Source: Vermamoeba vermiformis
Lineage: Eukaryota
DNA: 64,000 nucleotides
Assembly: GCA_045837725.1 (NCBI GenBank)
Contig: JBEWZL010000300.1
Location: forward strand, 434,001 to 498,000
Direction: 5' to 3'
A program made the position numbers and the translations under genes. Of this stretch, positions 1 to 12,447 are shown piece by piece; within the stretch, counting starts at the first letter, position 1; each line of letters starts with the position of its first letter. The notes beneath the pieces were generated by a model. That model was not told where the DNA came from and did no database searches. It saw nothing but the letters and a program-made list of their open reading frames with translations.

Positions 1-794
1 GTGTCGTGGAGCGACATGTCAATCTTTACTAAGCTCACAACGCCCTTCCTCACTTCTGCGAGTAAGATCTTGACGCGTGCCATGAACAGTATTGACCTAG
101 CTATTATTACTAGTTGCTCGCTTCAACTGGCATCAAGCGTTCCATTCAGCTTCGTTCGACGAGTATCCGTTGGAGTACAACTACGGTGCCTTTGCACCCA
201 CGCACGGATTGAGATCGTGGAAGATGGTCATGAACGACGATCCTGCAACTGACGCGGGTGTTGCTAATCTAATTAACACCTACGAATCTGTGATTTCTCT
301 CTGGGGCGATGTAAGTGCCTGCGATTGGTACGTCAAGTAGAGTTAAATTAATCTCTGTGTCTATAGTACAACCAGACTTTCCCTGACTCCACCCCCACTC
401 CTTCTGCGTACCCTCCCTGGCGCGGGCCTTCCCATAGCCCGAGCTCATCCACTGAAGGTCCCTCCGGCTCCACTGGCACCACTTACGTCGCTCTTTGGGG
501 TACGAACAATTGTGACGTGATGTCTTGACAGGTGTCATTATCATCAAAAAGGTGTAAACACCTTGTCGCCGAATGATTTTGCGACTAACCTTAAAAGGAA
601 AAATTTATGACACGTGTCATTCGATATGAATTAACGTGTTACTAATACTGCTTATTTACACAGTCGTGGTACTCGTCGCTATCGCCGCGGTGATTGCATT
701 GATTATGGCTATTGTGTTCGGTGTCAAGTACGCACAAATGAAGAAGTTGGTTGGTGACGAGAGCAGAGCTCGCTTGCTTCCTTATGTTAATTAA
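1..794 (+). CDS. 3' part of a spliced type I membrane protein of unknown function (partial)
   Basis: Spliced exons read ...ARFNWHQAFHSASFDEYPLEYNYGAF...; a Ser/Thr/Pro stalk (STPTPSAYPP..SSSTEGPSGSTG); a TM helix VVVLVAIAAVIALIMAIVFGV; and the tail KYAQMKKLVGDESRARLLPYVN* ending at TAA 792-794. Confidence 0.65.
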
Positions 795-919
795 GACTTG
801 TCTCTTCAGGTGTGTTATTTTCATTATTGACTTTTGATAAACTTCAAAAATTTTAAACCCGAAGATTCGACTAGACTTTTTGATTTTACAACTGTACAAT
901 TTACTGGCAATCGATTATA

Positions 920-1440
920 TTACAATTTACGTTCGTAGTTTTCGCCATATAGAACGCTTGATACTCGAATTTTTGATGCTTCATTGCGTTCTCGTTGGAT
1001 GGATTTGCCAGTCGAACCTTTGTTTTTCTGAGTATGTGTTCTAACGCGAAAACTGCCAGTACCCGAAAAAAAAGTTCTTTTTTGGATTTTGTTGTGTTTT
1101 TCAGCGATATACTGGTTTGGGGGACTTGCCGATCGCTGAATCCAAGCTGGAAAACCGGTTGGATCAGGATTGACGCGTGGAATTTTAGAGTGCAATGTGT
1201 AGGTAGAGGAAATGTATGGCGTTCTATTAGAGGTGCTTCTATTGCTTAATATTTTTTTCGCGTGTTGGATTCTGCGCCCGGCCCTGTATGCAGCAATAAA
1301 TGAGTTTATTTTTCAATTAAATATTTCAATTAAACGATGTACCTTCCATTTTTCTTTTTCTTGTGGTCTTTCTTCATTATTATTGGTGTTTGCCATTTTA
1401 CTTTGCCCGCGCGAGCTAAGCGGCCCATTATCCACCTCAT
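920..1440 (-). CDS. Divergent ribosomal protein eS30-like protein with long C-terminal extension (copy 1)
   Basis: Two exons with intron 1284-1342 give MRWIMGRLARAGKVKWQTPIIMKKDHKKKKNGRAGRRIQHAKKIL.... This matches the eS30 pattern GSLARAGKVxxQTPKV..KKKK.GRAxRRxQY and continues open to ...LYGENYERKL*. Confidence 0.75.
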
Positions 1441-1710
1441 TTCGTTGAATGGGATTTAGTTTGTGGTTTTTTCTATCTACACTTGCACTAGAAATGATCT
1501 TTTTGCCCTTCTGATTTTTTACTCAGATCATCCGCGAGCAATTTTGTGACATGATGTCATGAATATTGGGTACGCACTAATGATTACTCTATGCTTATTG
1601 GTAGTTGGTAGTACAATGTTGAAGGAGAAAAAACTAGATCAACCGCGAGAATTCGCATTTACAGTTTATAATTTACATTAGTCCGAGTTCATAATCCTCA
1701 ACAAATAGCT

Positions 1711-2264
1711 TTACAGCTCTAGTTCGTAGTCTTCACCATATAGAGCAGCTGCGACTTTAATTCGTGAGGCTTGATTACGTTCTAGTTGGATGGATTTGCC
1801 AGTCGAACCTTTGTTCTTCTGGGTGTGCGTTCTGATGCGAAATCTATGCCCCGACGCGGTAGTAATAGCTTTTGTGATATATTTTGTCGTGCTTAATATC
1901 AGGAGTTTCGTTGGTTGGACCAGCCAATACCTGAATCCATTTTTTGTAACTGGTCACGTGGAGCCGGGCTCTATACTGTTTGCAATGAAGCGAGGATTTT
2001 TCCGATGCAAAGGATAGTCAATAGAGGTACTTTGGGTTCGATTGCACACCTCCGCGCCGTTTACAATCTTTTTGTTGAATTGATCTCGTTGTTTTGCCCT
2101 ACATCCAAAATTCCTTTTAGTTTCTCGCTCTTCATTTTTTTTAATAAGATAGATTTAATAGCGTACCTTCCGTATTTCTTCCTTTTGTCTTCTTTCTTGT
2201 GTACCTTTGGCGTTTGTAGTTTGACTTTGCCTGCATACCGTCTCGTAATGCAATGTCGGCACAT
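1711..2264 (-). CDS. Divergent eS30-like protein with C-terminal extension (copy 2); disrupted by apparent compensating frameshifts, possible pseudogene
   Basis: MCRHCITRRYAGKVKLQTPKVHKKEDKRKKYGR|AKQRDQFNKKIVN..., with the intron at the same position as in copy 1. The C-terminus FRIRTHTQKNKGSTGKSIQLERNQASRIKVAAALYGEDYELEL* is very similar to copy 1. The middle segment (WIQ...KHDKI) lies in another frame. Confidence 0.65.
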
Positions 2265-2507
2265 TTTACGCGAGATATGTATTGATTTGTTGTGCGTTAA
2301 TGATAGAGAATGGTTAACACGTTCGCTGATTTAAATTGGCGTCAGTTCTGACATTTTACTCAAATCCGTTTTTAGTCCCCGCTTCATACTCGGAATGCCG
2401 ACCGTTACAATGTAGTAATATTAACTTGTTATGCAAGTATTATGACAAGTCTAAAATGTTTGTCGCGGCTTTGTTGTGCTCGATCGAGTCATTTTTGGTT
2501 ATTGTAA

Positions 2508-3710
2508 ATGTCATCCAAGAAGAACTCCCACAAAAGAGCGCAAAATGGCAATAATAGGGACAAGACTACTAACATGATTAATGAAAGCGATATAATTGTT
2601 CGAGGAGTTAAACAAACGGACATTCCACAGATCAAGCAATTGCAGGTAAAATTCACGTTATTAAATGAGCCTCTAAATATTATAAAAAATTATAGAATAA
2701 TACGACAAACAATAATATAATATATTATGCGATTTTAATTGAATTTGGAGCCATTCTAAATTATTTCAGAATTTAAAATTAATTTTTGCCTGATCCAGGA
2801 TGTTCTATTCCCAATTAAGTACCAAGATAGATTTTACAAGCGATTATTATACCCCGATTGCCAGTGTGTCGTGGTCTTCAATGCCAACGAATCTGAATTA
2901 CTCGGTGTTGCTACCGCGAAGCCGATCCAAGACGATTTTAATCGAGTGTAAGGCCTAAAATATAATTACTATTTATTTTCCTATTTATTTATTAATTTTA
3001 AGGCATTTTTCGATCAAGGATCGGATCTGAATTAAGGCATTTCTTTTTAGGTGCTGGTCAGTTCTAAAGCGAAAATTTGTTAAGCGAGCGTGTATCCTTA
3101 TTAATATGTTGCTATTAATACTAATATAATGCTCCAATATAAATACAATGATCAGCTTGTGCCTCCTTGACTTTATTACTTTCAGATCTGATGACTTTTG
3201 GTGTCGCACCAAATGCACGAAAGCGAGGATTAGGCACATTTATATTATCTGTAAGTTATAATACTGATATATCATAATGATCTGTCGGTAACAGGATTTG
3301 ATTTAAAAAAATATTTTGAAACGATTTTTGGACCTGTATTTTAATTTGTTGATTTTTATTCGCAGAAAATTGAAGAAGAATTAAATGCGAAGAAATTTGA
3401 CGTGTTAAGTTTGCACGTTAAAACGGACAATATAGCAGCCATCAATTTTTACAAAAAGAACGGATTTTTTATCGTTAAGGAGTTGAAAGATTATTACGAG
3501 ATTGATGAAGAATTATATGACGCCTATATTATGAAAAAAAGACTAGAAAATTATACGAAAAAATATCGTGGCAATGTCGATGAAGAAAAAATGATGAAAA
3601 TTGGTGGCAAAAGCGACCGTATAGTAACATTAGTATTGTTATTATTATTTGTATTATTATGTGTTATAATAGTAGGGTATGGAATATACCTCGCTACAAA
3701 AGAAAGTTAA
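2508..3710 (+). CDS. GNAT N-acetyltransferase, NAA50/NAA60-like, with C-terminal transmembrane anchor
   Basis: Spliced motifs LQDVLFPIKYQDRFY, MTFGVAPNARKRGLG and LSLHVKTDNIAAINFYKKNGF..LKDYY; hydrophobic C-terminal helix IVTLVLLLLFVLLCVIIVGYGIYL. Confidence 0.8.
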
Positions 3711-3820
3711 TTTGTAAATAAAAAATATTCGGATCTGATCCAAAATGACAAAAAATTTTATTTTGTCGCGTGATTTTGATTGAATAAATAAGTGTTTGCA
3801 ACTATTCCAGAGCTATTTCC

Positions 3821-6800
3821 TTATATGGAATTACTTGTTGCGATGTTATCAGGCATCATCGAGTAATACGCATAATTCGGATTCTACCCAAAATTTAATC
3901 ATTAGTATTACTATTATAGACCTATAATAATATACTTACATATAAATTCTTCTGATTGAATTCAGCCGTTACAATTTTCAGCTTATCACGCAAAGTTGAA
4001 AATGAATCCAAGATCTGATCCAAAAAAATCGTTAGTCAGACACTAAGAGAAATTGAATTATATACCTTTGCATCAGTGAATTGAGTATTAACAAAGTTCC
4101 TTAATTGTCCGTTGCCGCTAACAGGTGCCGAATAAATGTTGGCCAATAACAGCTGCAAATAAGTTGTTTCTAGATCCGGTAATCTACGACACAAAATTAA
4201 CCATCGTATTATACTATACGTCTTAATTATTATACGTACGCCTTGGCGATGTCTTCGTCAGTCACGTGCTGCGTGTTCGAAGTCGGTGGAATGCCGTGCA
4301 GTGTCAGTGGCAGGTTGGGAATGAGCGACAAGTGCTCGTATCTGAAACTACGGTCAAAATCACATTCCACGCGAAATTAAATTCTAGAACAATAATAACG
4401 TATTATATATGATAATTTAAGCTTAAAAAGAGGGTAGGAGTATAAATAATGTACAAAATAAGGCAGGGTACCCTAAATAGTACAAGAGCTGTTGAACCCG
4501 AAAAAAATTCTATAAGTTCCGATAATTTCATTCGCAACACCACAATAATAATCGCCCATTGTACGGTTGCTTCGCTACGGAAAATTGCCCGTCCTGCTTA
4601 ATTTCGCAGGAGCAAGACCGGCGAATCCCTCTACGATGCGCAAGAAATACTCCCGCCTGTACAATCGCGAATTATTTCCAGCAACTTTGCACAAAGAGTT
4701 AGAGACCCAAATATTTTCTCCCGTTCCTTGGTGAATCCTCCCGCGTTTATTGGCAAGGAGGTACCAAAGCGAGTTGGGTTGTGTTGCTCATATTGCGGGA
4801 ATAAGAAAATGGAATTCACCGTACGGAAAAATTTAAATACTCCTACCCTCTTTTTAAATTTGAATGTTTAGGTCAAATTACCTTGTGAAATTTACAGCCG
4901 AATGTTGCACAGTTGTAATCCAAATAATCTAAGAAAAGATTAATATATAGCTTACTAATAATATTAATTATAGTGTTAAGGACGTACGTTGGTGCAAATT
5001 TCAGTCAATTCTTTGATCGATTTGACTTTTTCAGGCACACCGCGTAGTTTGCCCTCACTCGACAAGCTCTGGAAAAACGATTGCAAAACTAAGGTATTAC
5101 CATATTAGTACACGTGTCGGATACTATAAATAGCAAGTACTATTGGTCCGTACCTGCATCATGTTCGACCTCCTTATTGTCGTTATAAAGTACATCAAAA
5201 ATATTGGCCACCATGTCTTTAATTAGCCCGTGCAATCGTTTGCCGAAATCCCTAATAAGGAAGGTATTACTAAATAAGGCAAGTCGCATAAAATAGTTGC
5301 AAAGTTTCGTTATGATACCTGTACGGATAATACGGGAATTTTTTCACGTCGTCCACGGCTCTGATAGTCAATTCATTCAAGAAATATCCGCTCGTGAATT
5401 TGTGGTCGTTGAATGCTCTGTTGATCAACTTCAAGCCACCGTTCTCAGAGGCACTCAGCACTGTGGCGGTCGAGTACAGCGACGGTAGTAAATTCGATCG
5501 AACGAATTCCTGCGTGGCATTTGTGCCGTGGAAATGCGGCTTCAGCAATCTGTGAAATTTCACGTGTTAGATGCATCTCTATGTCCATATTTGGCAAGTA
5601 CAAGGGTGAATCCAAATTTTGCAGCCAGTTAAACGTTTTAACTGAATGAAAAATGGCAAAATGACAAGTTGTCTGGGATTTCCTTATTTGGTAAAAGGTC
5701 GCTACGTACTTGTAAATCGGGTGCGAAGAAGGCAAGTGGCGATTGAGACACGTGGCAATGACGTCAGCCACGATGTAATTGAGGGCCAAGTGACTGACGT
5801 ATTGGTGGTGATTAGCCTCGGCCATGCGGTACCTGCCAAGCCTCAGTCAGCCACACTTTCCAAATAAGGAAGTAATGCTTACCAAAGTTTGACCAAGAAC
5901 CACAACTTGGGGTTCTTCGTTTGATCTTCCGCGTAGAAAATTGGATTTTGTTCTGAGGTGTGATCGTCGCGCCAGTGCAGTTGAATGGCCACGGGCAACA
6001 GCTCGTTCTTTTCGTTCATTCTAAACAGACACGTGGGACGGATCATGTGTTGTAGGCGCGGACTGTTCGACGGTTCAATTTCTCGGAACGTCTCTCGGTA
6101 ATCGACCTGAAAAAAGATTTAAGTCTTAATTAGGCACACCGATCACATATTCTACTGCCGTTCATAGTCTAATTGACACGTGAAAAATATTTTTTTTGAC
6201 ACGTGTCAACGAGTGCTTTAACAGGCACGTGTCATTTTATCAGTTAAGTCTCGCTAATAATAACGCGTAGAGTTCTTTCGTAGCAGGTGACACGTGTCAT
6301 AATCATGGGTGCTTAGTACGTACCAAGAAAAATCTGTTCTCTTTGTCAGCTTCAACATCGAGTGTCTTGGCCAAGGAGATCTTCGTCTCGTCCAATTGAG
6401 CAAACACTTTGCGAATGACGACTGACGGCACGAGCAACAAGGTCGCGGGGTTCAATCCAATGACTTGTTCGCGACCGAATTCAATGTCTCGGTCCCACGC
6501 GTCATCGATGACACTTGTCGGGACTGGATGGTTAAATAACGATTTGAACGTGTCGTGGTCGTGAAATCTACGCAAAGATTAGCGGCACTGTTCGTTCATG
6601 AACAAAAATATCTTTTTCGTACCTCGCGAAAATTGTTGAGAAGGCCTTCACATTATGAATTTCTTTTTCTGTGAAAAATTATTTAGTACGGATACTATTA
6701 CCATAAAAGGAAATAAGCAGTCGTACCTGGGAGAGTTTTAATGGATTCAGCGGCGATTAATTTCAATAGTTGCAAAGTCAGTTCGGCCTTTCTGAACACT

Positions 6801-8400
6801 AATTGATCCTTTTCTTTGCTCAAATTTACCACTGGATGCGGTGGCAATAATGATTCATTGGCCCAAACAAATTTTTCTTTCCTTCGCTTCAATACTTCCT
6901 AAAAAGGAAAGTCTTAAGTATACCGTTTCAAAATATACGTTTAGTATGCGTACTTCTACGGGCTTTTTCTTCTCAGTATTTGCGCGTTTGATTAATATTT
7001 GCGATTCTTTAACTAGAATTTCTTGCAATAATTTGTAATATTTTTGAATGTCTTCGCGGATCTGCTCTTCGGTCATCAGCACAACTTCAAGGTCGAAATT
7101 AACTGTGCCCTTATTATTCAATAATGTTATAACTCCTCGTACGTTGATCTTTGCACCTGCTAAATGACCAAATTAGTAAATTCTTTCACGCGTCATGTCG
7201 AAGATATTTTTTTTGTCGCGTGAAATTTCACGAGTTTGTACCTGATTGGGAGTTGTAGCTTAATCGGGTAAATAAATGGTCCATGACAGTATTCAAAGTG
7301 ATCATATGACTTTCACCAATCTTTTCTTTGCGACCGTGCGGATCTTGCGTGAACAGATCCAACTTCCACGAGTCCTTATTAGCCTCGATTTGTGACTGTG
7401 AAATCAAGTAGTAAAAGTCGCCGTGAATGGTCAATTCTTTTACAGGAATTAAATTGACTTGTTTGCTGAAACTCAAAGCTAATAATAGGTCCGTTGAAGA
7501 ATGGTCGGGCAATGCTGTCAACATAATCTTATCGATTTTTAAAAATCTCGTGACGAGCTTCTCTTTTTCTCGAGACTCCTATAATAATATTAATAAATTA
7601 TTGCCTTAATTTAGAATAAAACTTCCACGCGAATCAAAAAATCAAATATTTTTCCGCTTTTTTAAACTTGTTGTAGTACAATATCTTGGGCATATTATAA
7701 TCTTAAAAATCATGTAACTATATATTAAAATTTTTAAAATACTTGCCCGCCAATAATCCAGGAGCGTGATCATTTCTAACGAGGACACTTTTTGCGGCAA
7801 TTTGTCTTGAAGATTTATCACGCGATTTTGACCCCATTCCTATAATATTATTAATATAGTCTATAGTATGACGTATTTCAACGTACCCAGCTGTATTCTT
7901 TCGTTTCTTCGATGAATAACACATATTTATAAATTAATGTCTCATATGTGCCTCTTGTGTTTGAAAATCGGGCTTCTCCTTCCCAAAATCCATCTAAAAT
8001 ATAATAAATTAATTATTTAAAATCATATTTGATATTGACCAACGGTAATTAGTTTTTACGAATTAAAATTATTTTTGACATCTGAATTGACGATTGAATT
8101 ATAATCATATTACCTTGCTGTTTATATTTTAATTGAACTCCTTGTTCTGGTTTCCACGCGCCCAATGGTGCATTTGCTCCAACAACGATGATCCGTTGTC
8201 CAGGCAAGGGTCTGAAATGGATTTTAAACCGCACGGTAGTTCTGTAGCCTGAAATAATATCCCATATAAATATTATCATCCATGATTATATTTATATATT
8301 TTTTCTAATTTAAAGCTGGATCTGATCAACGGCAAAACGAGATCGAGACCCGGCTCTCTCTAATTTTAATCGCTGAACTGGCTCTGTCATACTTACTCAT
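3821..8400 (-). CDS. Lipoxygenase with N-terminal CBM20 starch-binding domain
   Basis: N-terminus MSYRTTVRFKIHFRPLPGQRIIVVGANAPLGAWKPEQGVQL is CBM20-like. LOX motifs: WDRDIEFGREQVIGLNP, LLPVAIQL, HQYVSHL...LPSSHPIYKLLKPHF, QHSAVNF, and C-terminal SNSI*. Confidence 0.85.
4427..4853. mobile_element. Non-autonomous DNA transposon (MITE-like) in a lipoxygenase intron
   Basis: Perfect 17-bp terminal inverted repeats AAAGAGGGTAGGAGTAT (4427-4443) and ATACTCCTACCCTCTTT (4837-4853), each flanked by TTAA. The host intron is unusually long (~540 nt). Confidence 0.7.
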
Positions 8401-8631
8401 GCTTATATATGTACAAGTAAAGCTTTATTATAATTGGAGGTGTTGTGTATACCTCAATGTACGGAGATAAATGCGATAAAAAGCGCGCTAAAAATGAAAT
8501 CATGTGACAGCGATGATCTTGATCACATATAGGCGAAATAATAATGCAGCATGATACGTATAAGTAAGTTTTATTATAGGACTACGATAGATAAAGTAAA
8601 ACAAACGAAAAAGTTTTCAAGATCCAGGAAT

Positions 8632-9297
8632 CTAGAAGAGAAGTGCAACGAGGCCAGCGATAATAGCGGCGATGAATGACACGAAATGAACACCTATTGA
8701 AGTACTATTAGTTTCTGCTTTTCGTTCAAGATCTTTCCGGATGAAAGAATTGGAGCAATGTTTAGAGCTCCTTAGCGAGATTTGCCAACTTAAAAGCATT
8801 ACCTGCGTCAGACGACGACGGTGATTGTGCAGAGCATTGATTGCCTACATATATGACTCCAACCATGCCAGATGCGAAGTGGATATCGCAGTAGAACGGG
8901 AACACTCCTTCGTTATCGAACTTGACCGACAAGGTGCTGCCAGTAGCAGTGTTCGGGATAGAGCTATTGCTAGATGGCTGCTTTCCGGTGCTCGAGCCTT
9001 TGAAGTAAAGAATAAAAATTGTAGTCAGGCAAATCCAAGAAGTACAAACCACTTACTGTAGGTACCAGCGACAAGCGGGTGCTGTGAGAACGGGCCATTG
9101 TAGTTGATGGTAGCGCCTTTGTTGATGATTATGCACGAAGGCGAGTATCTAAAGTTGGATCCGGGAAAGGACACATCTACCGAGGAGTTTCCACGATGAT
9201 CGGTGGCAGAATTAAATGCGCAATTATTTACGTTGCAGTTCTGGCAATAAACCAGCGAAACGATGAGGCAAAAGATGAAAAGTAATCGAGCGAGCAT
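8632..9297 (-). CDS. Secreted, probably GPI-anchored plastocyanin-like blue copper protein (cupredoxin)
   Basis: Signal peptide MLARLLFIFCLIVSLVYC; type-1 Cu ligands QHPL...FYCDIHFASGMVG (His, Cys, His, Met); Ser-rich spacer and hydrophobic C-terminus VHFVSFIAAIIAGLVALLF*. Confidence 0.85.
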
Positions 9298-9919
9298 CTT
9301 GCGTTGTGTCTCAGATGGAGTAAAAATAATACTAAACAACGAAAGAAAATCTATTTAAGCCATTGAGATTATGCAATAAACGTCCGTGTTTACGGTGTCA
9401 TTGTGAATTTTGCCGGGTTCTATGAATGGTTTGGGATCTAGACGAAACAAAATTGCAATTTCGCTACAATAGATACTTGGAAAAATGTAACGATTAAAAT
9501 AGCCTATTTTAGCATTAGTTTATGGGATCGGTGATGTCCCGTAGTCTCAGGCGCAAATTTTTTGGTGTTTTTTGAGATTTGTCACGCGAAGTATCTCAAA
9601 GTGGCGTTTCCCATTTCAAAATCTTATAATTCCCGGTGCTAGATTTAGTATATGTCGAATTTATAGTAATTATTATTGCACTGGGCTTAAAGTCATCAAC
9701 TTACATCTTGGATTCTGCAGCCGTTTAAACTTTACGTCTAGCCATGAAAAGCATGATCTCTCTATTATTGTAATATAAATATGTTATTTAGACGAAAATG
9801 CGGTGATCTGTCGTTTGGCTGAGGCAAAACGGAAAGTTGAATTTTGCACGGAAAATTGTTTCGAGTGCTTGCCCGAATGCCACGATAGAATAGCACAATA
9901 TATATATTGGAGTTACTAG

Positions 9920-12447
9920 ATGCTATTTGCAAATATAAAGGGTTACTTGTTCTTGCTTGTAGCCCCTATTCTTGGGATTCCGATCCTGTTCTTGCCTGTC
10001 TCGGAGTTTCCCAAGGCACCACGAGCAGCCTATGCGTGTTTTATTATGGGTACGTAGTATAAGCAGATTTTCTTATGATCTTGATTACAGCTCTATTGAT
10101 TAATCGTTGCGATCTAAAATTAGTTCAAAATTGAAAATCAAATTTATTTTCGAGATTATAACCATATTAATATAGACCATTAATAGTAAATATATTCTAA
10201 TATTTTTTTATCTTTATCAGCATTTTACTGGATCACAGAAGCGTTGCCTCTCAGTGTAACTGCTTTATTGCCTTTAATCTTATTTCCAACGTTACAAGTG
10301 GCCACTGCGAATGAAGTAGCATCGGCATATTTCAATGATACAATTATCCTAATGTTTGGGTAAGTAGGAAGTAAATGAACAAATCCGCAAAAACTCGGGT
10401 TTACATTTCAGTCCAGAACTTGAAAATAATTAGAATTTAATATTGATTAAGTTATATGATGCATATATTAACATACAATATGTAGATCGTTTGTAATGGC
10501 GATGGCCCTCGAAAAATATAATTTGCATCAAAAAGTCGCGTTGAAATTGTTGCAATATATTGGTGCCAGACCCAAGATGTTAATGTTAGGATTCATGCTC
10601 ATTAGCTTTTTCATATCAATGTGGATATCCAATACCGCTACGACCTCACTCATGGTACCTAAGATCCCGATCGAATCCGAAAAATTCTTTTAAAGACTTA
10701 CAAATTCGATTATATAGGCTCCGCTCGCATTAGCCGTATTATCTCAATTACGAGATAGAAATACTGGCTCACACGTTGCTGAAGAAGAAATAGGAAGTAC
10801 TGCGCCTGTTACAGTCAGCGACAGGTACAAAAAAACTTTTAAAATACTAGCCATGGGCTAATATTGCGAAAATTTATTTAGCGTGGAACTCGAGTCGCCT
10901 CATTACGCTGAAGGAATCGATCAGAAAAAACAACGAGAAATTGAGCATGAAGTTTTAGTGGCAGGTACGGATTCAAACAAACATCCATAGTATTTGATTT
11001 TAATAAGGATATTGTTATTATAGATAATTCGGACGACAAAGAAGCCAATTATGAAATTAATCCTGAAATTCTTGAAGAGCTCGATAATTTCGGGAAGGGA
11101 ATTATGTTGTGTAAGTCGGTCACTTTTGAACATCATAATGACATTACTAAATATGGTAATTAGCTGTCGCTTACTCCTCGTCCATTGGAGGCACGGCTAC
11201 ATTGATTGGTGAGTAATTTCGATGGTTTATGATCATTTCCTAATTTGGCAATGTTACGTAAAGGCACTGGTTCGAATTTGATCTTGACGCAGCAATTGAA
11301 AATCCTGCATCCCACAGCCCCTGAAATTTCATTCGGCAAATGGTTTTTATTCGCCACACCCGCTGCAATGATCTTTGCAGTGTTCACGTGGGGATTTTTA
11401 TGCTTTTTGTACGCGAGAAAGACGAAGTTCAAAGTAAGTTAGTTGCCTTATTTGGAAACATCACGTGCCACGGCCTTATCGATTTTCTATTTTTAGATCA
11501 GCCGTGCTAGTCTGCAGCGCCAATACGAACTATTAGGTCCATTGACATTCCCGCAAATAGCTGTATTGATTGACTTTGGCATCATGATCTTATTGTGGTT
11601 CACGCGGTCCCTATGGGCCACTGCCTTATTTGGCTCATCGAAGATGGTCACCGACGGAACAATTTCAATCTTTGCAGCTCTAGCGCTGTTCTGCATTCCA
11701 AGTGCCCCGAAGCGTGTGATTGGTCGAGAGAAAATCAACTTGGCCAACAAAGAAAACTTCAAAGACAGAATTCTCGATGAAGAGGACATCAAGCGCGTGT
11801 CCTGGGACATTGTGCTCTTATTGGCTGGTACGCATGACTTGCCATATATGGTAATGACCCACGTGACTGATGTACTTGTCGGGTAGGTGGTATGGCCCTA
11901 GCCCTCGGCTTTTCCAAATCAGGCTTGTCGAGTTTGATCGGCAAACACTTGAACGTGTTGAGCACCATGCCGCTGTTCTTGCTCGTGGCACTCGTCAGTG
12001 TGTTCGTGTTGTTCACGACAGAACTCACTTCCAACATCGCTACTGCTACTGTCGTGCTGCCCATTTTGTCGGGTACGATACCTACTTTCCAAATATGGCA
12101 ACTATAATAATGAAATTTCATTAGCGATGGCTGTGTCGATCGGTCAAAACCCATTGTTACTGATGATTCCCGCGACTATTTGCAGGTTAGTATACCATTT
12201 CCTAATTAGGCAAGTATCTCACCGTGCTATTCACAGCTCATACGCGTTCATGTTGCCAGTCTCCACGCCACCGAATGCCATAGTCTTTGCGAGTAATTTG
12301 CTCAAAGTGTCAACCATGGCCAAGACCGGTTTGTTACTGAACATCTTAGGCGCGCTGTTTATCCCCGCAATTGTGATATTACTCGGTGGTCCTGTGTTTG
12401 ACATCGAAATTGACGAGGTGCCTGATTGGGCCAAACCACCGAGCTAA
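9920..12447 (+). CDS. SLC13/DASS family Na+-dependent dicarboxylate/sulfate transporter
   Basis: Motifs [45 protein letters not shown] and [17 protein letters not shown]. Confidence 0.9.
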
